A stretch of 64,000 bases of DNA, from NCBI GenBank assembly GCA_903873905.1, contig CAIQQJ010000131.1, positions 22,729-86,728 on the forward strand, read 5' to 3'. Source of the DNA: an uncultured Flavobacteriales bacterium (GTDB taxonomy: Bacteria; Bacteroidota; Bacteroidia; Palsa-965). The notes under the pieces are model-generated. The model was not told the DNA's origin. It saw only the letters and a list, made by a program, of their open reading frames with translations, and made no database searches. Position numbers and translations under genes: made by a program. Position 1 is the first letter of the stretch; each line of letters opens with the position of its first letter. Below, in pieces: positions 37,050 to 44,073 of the stretch.

Positions 37050-37529
37050 ATGCACGGAAAAATCATGAAACCAAAATCTAAATCGCCTTCCTTTTCAGAA
37101 ACCATCATGACGGAAGTTGTTTTCCCAAATGACACCAACCCACTTGGATTTCTTCGTGGCGGAAACATGATGCATTGGATGGATATTGCTTCTGCTGTGT
37201 GCGCGCAAACCCATGCGAACATGGATTCCGTAACTGTTGCGGTGGATAAACTTATTTTCAAAAACCCTGTGACGCTCGGAAGCATTGTAACCATCACCGC
37301 GAAAATTACAAGATCATTCAAATCGTCAATGGAAATTTATGTTGAAGTATGGGCAAAAAAAATCCCCGGAAAAGGATCTTATTTGACGAACACTGCTTAT
37401 TACACTTTTGTCGCATTGGATAAAAATGCTCACCCTGCTGAAGTTCCTATTGTCACACCAAAAACCGCTGAAGAAAAAAGACAATACGTGGCAGCATTGA
37501 AACGCAGAAAAGAACGCGTTGTGGCCTGA
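37050..37529 (+). CDS. acyl-CoA thioesterase, hotdog fold (YciA-like)
   Basis: 159-aa ORF. VFPNDTNPLGFLRGGNMMHWMD matches the YciA/acyl-CoA thioester hydrolase N-terminus. Confidence 0.7.
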   Translation: MHGKIMKPKSKSPSFSETIMTEVVFPNDTNPLGFLRGGNMMHWMDIASAVCAQTHANMDSVTVAVDKLIFKNPVTLGSIVTITAKITRSFKSSMEIYVEVWAKKIPGKGSYLTNTAYYTFVALDKNAHPAEVPIVTPKTAEEKRQYVAALKRRKERVVA

Positions 37530-37695
37530 TTAAATTAAATCAATTTAGATTGGCGCTACTCTTGAAAGGAAAATGGGTTAGGTTGAAACAAAACGATTCA
37601 CCAATAACCAAATGCAAAAACGCATGATCATCAATGAGGATCATGCGTTTTTATTGAACTATTTTTGAAATACAAAAAAATCGGATTTTAATCGA

Positions 37696-38415
37696 CTAAC
37701 TTTTTTGACTTGCCAACTCTCTCAATTCAGCTTCTTTCTTGACAAGAATTGTTTTTTTATCTAATTCGATCAGATTCATTTCTTGAAGTTGGAACAAACT
37801 GCGAATAGCTGTTTCATACGTTGTGCCTGCAATATTCGCAATATCTTTTCTACACAAGGTAAAACTCAATTTGGTTTTTTCCGTTTCATGATAACCAAAA
37901 GCATCTACCAACATAATGATGATGTCTGCCACTCTCAATTTCACATCATGGTGAATCATGTTCTTCATCCGCTCTTCTGATTCATGCAACTCCGTAGCGA
38001 AAAAATTAATCATGAACATTCCAAATTCAGGATTTGCTTTTATTAATTTCAGGAAAATCTCAATCGGAATAAATATGGTTGTACATTCCGTCAAAGCCAC
38101 AGCCGAAACCGTAAAGTTGGGATGTGCCATTGCACGATGACCAAGAATTTTGCCCTCTGCCGCCAACCTTAAAATACGTTCATTGTTTTTGTCATACCGT
38201 GAAACAACTTTTGCCTTTCCACTGATCAAAAGGTAAACTCCGTCCATCACATCCCCCTCATTAAAAATTCGCTCACCAACCTTAAAAGACTGATTACGCT
38301 TATATAAATTAATTAACGGAATCCATTCCGATGAACAATATTTTGGAAAAAACAATTCCCAAAAAACAGATTTCTTGCTATTAATGTTTTTCACTCGTTC
38401 GTCTTTAGTATTCAT
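37696..38415 (-). CDS. Crp/Fnr-family transcriptional regulator
   Basis: About 239 aa from the ATG at 38413-38415 (the ORF-track start at 38427 is a TTG). cNMP-binding-like beta-roll (GDVMDGVYLLISGKAKV). C-terminal HTH (RKDIANIAGTTYETAIRSL). Confidence 0.75.
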   Translation of the reverse strand: MNTKDERVKNINSKKSVFWELFFPKYCSSEWIPLINLYKRNQSFKVGERIFNEGDVMDGVYLLISGKAKVVSRYDKNNERILRLAAEGKILGHRAMAHPNFTVSAVALTECTTIFIPIEIFLKLIKANPEFGMFMINFFATELHESEERMKNMIHHDVKLRVADIIIMLVDAFGYHETEKTKLSFTLCRKDIANIAGTTYETAIRSLFQLQEMNLIELDKKTILVKKEAELRELASQKS

Positions 38416-38419
38416 CCTG

Positions 38420-38438
38420 TGTGACAAATTAATTCACA
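38420..38438. promoter_or_regulatory. Crp-like inverted repeat TGTGA-N9-TCACA
   Basis: TGTGACAAATTAATTCACA immediately upstream of (overlapping the TTG alternative start of) the minus-strand Crp-family regulator gene. Candidate autoregulatory operator. Confidence 0.4.
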
Positions 38439-38477
38439 AGATCAAATTTATCGATTCCCGTAAACATAAAAACTGAC

Positions 38478-38504
38478 CTAGATCACACTTTTTGTGCGAT
38501 CTAG
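38478..38504. promoter_or_regulatory. imperfect 11-bp-arm palindrome CTAGATCACAC-N5-GTGCGATCTAG
   Basis: One mismatch between the arms. Located in the divergent intergenic region between two Crp/FNR-family regulator genes. Confidence 0.4.
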
Positions 38505-38905
38505 CTTAGTTAATCGATATTATGATTTTCAAACACCCCCCAATAAATTGAAAAAAACCGAGCTTTATGAAGGACCTAAGATTAGGAATTGGGCATGTTT
38601 TACATAGCTCTAATTGTGCCTTCCTAATTGTCCACTTATTGCCTCGTTTGAAAATTCCGCATTGCTAATTCAGTAATAATTTTGGTAATATAAACGCATA
38701 AGCAACCGACTTAAACATACTGCCTATTCCTGTTTTTCAACTCTCAATTCTAGAAAGGTTTTTTCAATCTTCCAATAGTTTTTTCCAATACATGTGTTGG
38801 CAAAAAACACGTGTCAAATTCATTGTGCCACTCACCCTAAACATGACACAGGTCATACGTAAGTATGATTATTGACCATATTTTTGAAATACCAAAAAAA
38901 TAGCC

Positions 38906-39655
38906 ATGCACAGCAAACTGAAGAAACACGAGGCCCCAAACTGCGAAAATTGTACAGAACGAGGAAGTTCAATTTTTTGCGATTTGCACGCCACGGATTT
39001 GAATAAGCTCTCTGAACACAAGGCTTATAACACTTACAAAAAAGGGCAATCTATTTTTCTTGAAGGAAATCAACCACAAGGCTTATTCTGTATTTATTCG
39101 GGAAAAGTTAAAATTCACAAGTTTGGTGATGATGGAAAAGAGCAGATCGTACGATTTGCCAGAAAAGGAAATGTACTTGGATACCGCGCATTATTGAGTG
39201 GTGGTGCCTATTTCGCAACTGCAACAGCCTTAGAAGAAACAACAGTTTGCTTTTTTCCGAAAGCAATTTATATGCAGGTCCTTTTGGCCAATCCAGACTT
39301 ATGCTTGCAAACTATCAAACTTCTTGCTTCAGATTTGAAAATGGCGGAACATTTGATGACCAACATGGCACAGAAACATGTGAGAGAACGAATTGCAGAA
39401 GCATTGATTTTATTAATAGAATATTACGGTCTAGAAGATGACAATGTGACGATCAATACTATTCTTACTCGGGAAGATATCGGAAATATGGTTGGAACAA
39501 CAACGGAAACTTCCATCCGAGTATTATCGGATTTCAATAAAGAAAAAATTATTCGACTTGCAGGGAAGAGAATTGGAATTCTTAATCTCGAACAACTTGA
39601 AAAGGTTGCGAATGTTTCTTTGAAACCAAATTCTGATCAAAAACCCAATAAATAA
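38906..39655 (+). CDS. FNR-like Crp/Fnr-family regulator with N-terminal Cys cluster
   Basis: 249-aa ORF. N-terminal CENCTERGSSIFC (C-x2-C-x8-C, as in the FNR [4Fe-4S] ligands). cNMP-like domain. HTH (REDIGNMVGTTTETSIRVL). Confidence 0.75.
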   Translation: MHSKLKKHEAPNCENCTERGSSIFCDLHATDLNKLSEHKAYNTYKKGQSIFLEGNQPQGLFCIYSGKVKIHKFGDDGKEQIVRFARKGNVLGYRALLSGGAYFATATALEETTVCFFPKAIYMQVLLANPDLCLQTIKLLASDLKMAEHLMTNMAQKHVRERIAEALILLIEYYGLEDDNVTINTILTREDIGNMVGTTTETSIRVLSDFNKEKIIRLAGKRIGILNLEQLEKVANVSLKPNSDQKPNK

Positions 39656-39671
39656 TTCGAATCACTATTGC

Positions 39672-39683
39672 TGATTCGGATCA
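39672..39683. promoter_or_regulatory. FNR/Crp-type box TGATTCGGATCA
   Basis: TGAT-N4-ATCA centred about 65 bp upstream of the third Crp/FNR regulator gene start (39743). Confidence 0.5.
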
Positions 39684-39742
39684 TTGTTTCCATTTAACAT
39701 CCAATCTATTTTTGGTTTAGTATTAAAAGTATTTGAAATAAA

Positions 39743-40450
39743 ATGGAGAGAAACAATTTACCAAAACTGGGTTGTTCCAATTGTAAAATCCGGAATATTT
39801 CTCTCTTCGCAAACGGATTGTCAGACTCTCATTTTGAATTATTTGCTGAAAAGAAAGAATTGGTTTTCAAAAAAGGAGAAAAACTAATTTCTGATGGAGA
39901 TGAATTCAAAGGCTTTTTTTGCATCCAAAGCGGAACAATAAAAATTTACAAGCCAATCAATAACAAGAATGATTTTATTCTCTGGTTTGCCAAACCTGGT
40001 GAGTCCATTGGTATAGATTCTTTTTTCAATAATGAAAATTATCAATACTCCGCTTCGGCAACAGGTATTGTGAAGGCCTGTTTTTTCAGTGCCCCAAAAA
40101 TAAATGAGCTGATGCAAAATGGATCAGTTACATACATGCGGCTGATGGAATATTTTTGTGAGCGAATTGACTTCATAGAAAAAAGAATTACAAGCATTGC
40201 CCAAAAAAAAACAAAGTCACATTTGGCAGAACTTCTTATTGCCCTACGAAATGATGAAACGGCGGATGAAAAAGAAACAAATATTGATTACAGCATAAAG
40301 GATTTAGCAAACATTATCGGTACAACCCAAAACTATTTATACAAAATTTCCTCTGAACTCATAAAGGAAAAAATCATTTCATTCGAAAGGAAGAAGCTGA
40401 AAATTCTGGATTTGGAAAAATTGTCGATTCTTGCAAAAGGAGCAAAATAA
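39743..40450 (+). CDS. FNR-like Crp/Fnr-family regulator with N-terminal Cys pair
   Basis: 235-aa ORF. N-terminal GCSNCKIRNISLF. cNMP-like domain. HTH (IKDLANIIGTTQNYLYKIS). Confidence 0.7.
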   Translation: MERNNLPKLGCSNCKIRNISLFANGLSDSHFELFAEKKELVFKKGEKLISDGDEFKGFFCIQSGTIKIYKPINNKNDFILWFAKPGESIGIDSFFNNENYQYSASATGIVKACFFSAPKINELMQNGSVTYMRLMEYFCERIDFIEKRITSIAQKKTKSHLAELLIALRNDETADEKETNIDYSIKDLANIIGTTQNYLYKISSELIKEKIISFERKKLKILDLEKLSILAKGAK

Positions 40451-40541
40451 TACTCCTATTTTTGTAATAGACGAAACTGTCACTTTTTATGAAATCATTT
40501 ATTCCATATCTCGTTTTTTAAACCCGACAAATAGGATTTTT

Positions 40542-40964
40542 ATGAGTTTAAAAACGAAGCGTCTTATTTTTGGAATTCTTTTTTCCTTTTTCTTCCTGTA
40601 CACAATTGCAGTAGATACAATCGGAACATCCAAAGACGATGGTGAGCGTTGGCTTACTGAAAAAGCAAAAAAAGGAAAACTGGTTTTTCAGGAATACAAT
40701 TGCACTGCATGTCACCAGATTTATGGACTTGGCGGCTATATGGGGCCTGATCTGACCAACGTAATTTCTACGCCTGGAAAAGGACCGATTTACGCGAAAG
40801 CATTCTTGCAAGCGGGCTCACAACGAATGCCTAATTTCCAATTGTCAGAAGAAAAAATGGAAGAATTGATAGAATTCCTAACTTACATTGACAAAACTGG
40901 CATTTCACCAGTAAAAAAATTCAAGACTAATTTTGACGGAACGATAAGTGAAGCAACAAAATGA
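40542..40964 (+). CDS. norC: nitric oxide reductase subunit C (membrane-anchored mono-heme cytochrome c)
   Basis: About 140 aa from MSLKTKRL (the ORF-track start at 40431 would overlap the upstream regulator). N-terminal TM. CTACH heme motif. Stop overlaps the norB start. Confidence 0.75.
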   Translation: MSLKTKRLIFGILFSFFFLYTIAVDTIGTSKDDGERWLTEKAKKGKLVFQEYNCTACHQIYGLGGYMGPDLTNVISTPGKGPIYAKAFLQAGSQRMPNFQLSEEKMEELIEFLTYIDKTGISPVKKFKTNFDGTISEATK

Positions 40965-42292
40965 AAAAAGAAATAGGAATAGTTTTTATCGGGCTTGCAT
41001 TCATTTCACTTTTGGGCGGACTTTTTTTCGGAAGCCTAAGTTCATTTCAATTTGTCATTCCCGGTTTTCTTGATTCATTCCCATTTGTAAAAAGCAGGCC
41101 ACTTCACGTATCACTTGTTGTGGCGTGGATTTTTCTCAGCGCCATAGGTGGTATTTATTATTTTCTCCCAAAGCATGTCAAACTGGAATTATACTCAGAT
41201 AAACTTGCACGAATTCATTTCTGGATTTTTCTAATTACAGGAGTGCTGATTCTCACTTGTTATTTCATTGGTAAATTTGGTGGAAGAGAATATTGGGAAT
41301 TCCCTCCGATACTTTCCATTCCCATTTTTATTTCATGGATTCTTTTTGGAATAAATTATTTCAAAACCATTGTTGGAAAAATTTACCATTGGCCCATTTA
41401 TTTGTGGATGTGGGCAACTGGAATTTTCTTTTTCTTCTTCACATTTACAGAAGCCTACCTTTGGGTATTCCCATTTTTCAGAGACCATATTGTGCGTGAC
41501 ATTACCACACAATGGAAAGCCTACGGAGCATTAGTCGGTTCATGGAATATGCTTGTTTATGGAACGGCTTTCTTTATCATGGAGCGAATCAGTGGAGATA
41601 AAACAGTTGCAAAATCAAAATTGTCATTTGCAATGTATTTTCTTGGACTAACCAATTTGCTTTTTGGTTGGGCGCACCATATTTACATTGTTCCTTCTGC
41701 AGCATGGATTAGGAACGTTGCTTATTTAGTGAGCATGACCGAATTAATCATTCTTTCAAAAATAATCTGGAACTGGAGAAAATCATTGACAGAATCGGTT
41801 AAAAAATTCCATATCCTACCTTTCCGTTTTCTGGTAGCCTCCGACATTTGGATTTTCATTAACCTCGTTCTCGCACTTGCCATTTCCATTCCTGCTGTAA
41901 ATATTTTCACACATGGAACGCACATAACCGTTGCGCATGCGATGGGAAGTACGATTGGAATCAATACTATGGTTTTGCTCGCATCCTGTTTTTATATTGT
42001 GCAGGACATTACCAAAACCCAGTTCAATTCACTGCAACAAAAAATAGTGAAAGCAGGTTTTTGGATTACCAATGTTTCCCTCCTAACATTCTTCATCAGT
42101 CTGATTTTTGCCGGTGCTGAAAAAGGGCAGATGGTCATCGAGGATAAATTGACCTTTCAGGAAATCATGCAACATATTTCGCCCTACCTCACGGTCTTTG
42201 CGTTTGCAGGAATTGGGATTTTTATTGGACTCCTGATGGTCATCTTTCCTGCATTAAGAGCAATATTCCGATATCTAAGGGGAAATGCATGA
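40961..42292 (+). CDS. norB: nitric oxide reductase large subunit, heme-copper oxidase superfamily (cNOR NorB)
   Basis: 443-aa ORF with 12 TMs. Conserved His ligands (WAHHIY, HGTHITVAHAMG) as in NorB. Confidence 0.8.
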   Translation: MKKEIGIVFIGLAFISLLGGLFFGSLSSFQFVIPGFLDSFPFVKSRPLHVSLVVAWIFLSAIGGIYYFLPKHVKLELYSDKLARIHFWIFLITGVLILTCYFIGKFGGREYWEFPPILSIPIFISWILFGINYFKTIVGKIYHWPIYLWMWATGIFFFFFTFTEAYLWVFPFFRDHIVRDITTQWKAYGALVGSWNMLVYGTAFFIMERISGDKTVAKSKLSFAMYFLGLTNLLFGWAHHIYIVPSAAWIRNVAYLVSMTELIILSKIIWNWRKSLTESVKKFHILPFRFLVASDIWIFINLVLALAISIPAVNIFTHGTHITVAHAMGSTIGINTMVLLASCFYIVQDITKTQFNSLQQKIVKAGFWITNVSLLTFFISLIFAGAEKGQMVIEDKLTFQEIMQHISPYLTVFAFAGIGIFIGLLMVIFPALRAIFRYLRGNA

Positions 42293-42301
42293 TTACGATC
42301 A
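42290..42301. promoter_or_regulatory. FNR/Crp-type box TGATTACGATCA
   Basis: TGAT-N4-ATCA overlapping the norB stop, 164 bp upstream of the proline dehydrogenase gene. Confidence 0.35.
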
Positions 42302-42464
42302 CTTTTAATCAGTGCTTCTTTTTCTAAAGATCTCCAAACAGTTTTTCGCTGAAATTTATTCGCCTTTTTATCTTAGTATCATCCATTTCCATATTACTTT
42401 TGACGTGCTCGGTAATGAGGAAAAATCTCAAAACCAAAAATAAATTGAATTAAAAAAACAGCAA

Positions 42465-43664
42465 ATGCCATTTAAAGAAGTTTCCTTTAGCGACACTGAA
42501 AAAGCATTCTCAGCAAAAGATGACAAGGCTTTAAAAAAATCTACTTGGTTATTTAAGTTGATGGGAAAACCATTACTGGTAAAGATATTTTCAAAACTTA
42601 CTTTATTTTCATTTAAGATTGGATTGCCTATCAAGGGAGCAATCAAAGCAACCATTTTCAATCAATTTTGCGGGGGCGAATCGCTTGATGAAACTCAGAT
42701 TGCAATTAAGAAACTGAAACATTCGCGCGTTGGATCCATTCTTGATTATTCTGTTGAAGGGAAAGATACCGCAGAGGATTTCGACAAAACAAAAAACGAA
42801 ATATTAAAAATCATCGGTCTTGCCAAGGGAAATCCTGCTATTCCTTATACGTGTTTAAAATTGACAGGAATTTTGGCTCATTCCATTCTGGAAAAGATAA
42901 ATGCCAAAGAAAAACTTTCACCGGAAGAACAAACGCAATATGATGCTTCCATAAAAAGGTTGGATGAGATTTTCCAACAAGCTTCCATCTGTAAAATCCC
43001 AGTTTATATTGATGCCGAAGAAACCTGGATTCAAGAAGCCATTGATGGAATTGCGGAGCAGATGATGAAGAAATACAATCATGAAGCCGCAGTGGTGTTG
43101 ACCACCTTACAAATGTATCGTTGGGATCGCTTGGAATATTTGAACCGCTTGATTGAAAATGCACGAAAGGAAAAATATTTCATCGGAATAAAATTGGTAC
43201 GCGGAGCCTATCTTGAAAGGGAAAATTTACGAGCAAAAGAAATGGGCTACAAATCGCCAATGCAAACGTCAAAGGAGAATACCGACATTGATTTTGACAA
43301 AGCCGTTGCCGTTTGTCTGGAAAATGTTGACCTCATTACACTTTGCGCAGGTACACACAATGAAGCCAGTACAATGTATCTCATTGGAAAAATGGAAGAA
43401 CTGAAAATAGACAAGGATAATCCTCACGTCTATTTTTCCCAACTATATGGAATGAGTGATCATATCACTTTTAATCTCGCTGACGCAGGATATAATGTCA
43501 CAAAATACTTACCATACGGTCCTGTGAAATCCGTGGTGCCTTACCTTATACGTAGAGCGCAAGAGAACACTGCCATCTCAGGACAAATGGGACGCGAATT
43601 GAAATTGATCATTGAAGAAAAAAACAGAAGACAACACTCCATGCTTCTCAAAGCTGGCAATTAA
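42465..43664 (+). CDS. proline dehydrogenase (monofunctional PutA-type PRODH)
   Basis: 399-aa ORF. PRODH barrel motifs (LVRGAY, DxxxxYLxRRxxEN-like C-terminus YLIRRAQENT). Confidence 0.75.
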   Translation: MPFKEVSFSDTEKAFSAKDDKALKKSTWLFKLMGKPLLVKIFSKLTLFSFKIGLPIKGAIKATIFNQFCGGESLDETQIAIKKLKHSRVGSILDYSVEGKDTAEDFDKTKNEILKIIGLAKGNPAIPYTCLKLTGILAHSILEKINAKEKLSPEEQTQYDASIKRLDEIFQQASICKIPVYIDAEETWIQEAIDGIAEQMMKKYNHEAAVVLTTLQMYRWDRLEYLNRLIENARKEKYFIGIKLVRGAYLERENLRAKEMGYKSPMQTSKENTDIDFDKAVAVCLENVDLITLCAGTHNEASTMYLIGKMEELKIDKDNPHVYFSQLYGMSDHITFNLADAGYNVTKYLPYGPVKSVVPYLIRRAQENTAISGQMGRELKLIIEEKNRRQHSMLLKAGN

Positions 43665-43680
43665 TTATTTTTTTCCCTGT

Positions 43681-43719
43681 GGGCTAATCTGAAATCTCAG
43701 ATTAGCCCATTTTTTTTTA
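43681..43719 (+). terminator. rho-independent terminator of the proline dehydrogenase gene
   Basis: GGGCTAATCTGA-AATC-TCAGATTAGCCC followed by ATTTTTTTTT. Confidence 0.8.
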
Positions 43720-44073
43720 TAAGAACCGACCCGTTCAATCACCGAAAATTTGCCAAGTTTTTTCGCATTTCATTCTTTCTTTCGCCAATTTGATTTTTCC
43801 TCAAATTTCCCAGCATTTACATAAATAATTTTTTTTCAAGACAGCAAACATTGTTTTGAGTTTTTTTTTGAACATTTTTTTTCAATAAGGTCTGATAAAG
43901 TCGTCAGAAACATGACAAATCGTACTTAGTCAAAAAAGTGTTAACACAGCGTGTTAATAATTCCAAGCAATTGTTCGAAAAGCCTTTCTATGTTTTTTTG
44001 TCCAATTTATACCTTGCATCCACAAAATCGGAAATTTCATACCCCCATATAAAACATATTAATCCATCAACTA

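Noticed and set aside
43700-44073. Cobalamin riboswitch upstream of nrdJ.
   Set aside because: No B12-box-like sequence (GCCACUG-type core) is present. B12 repression would also be unexpected for a B12-dependent enzyme.
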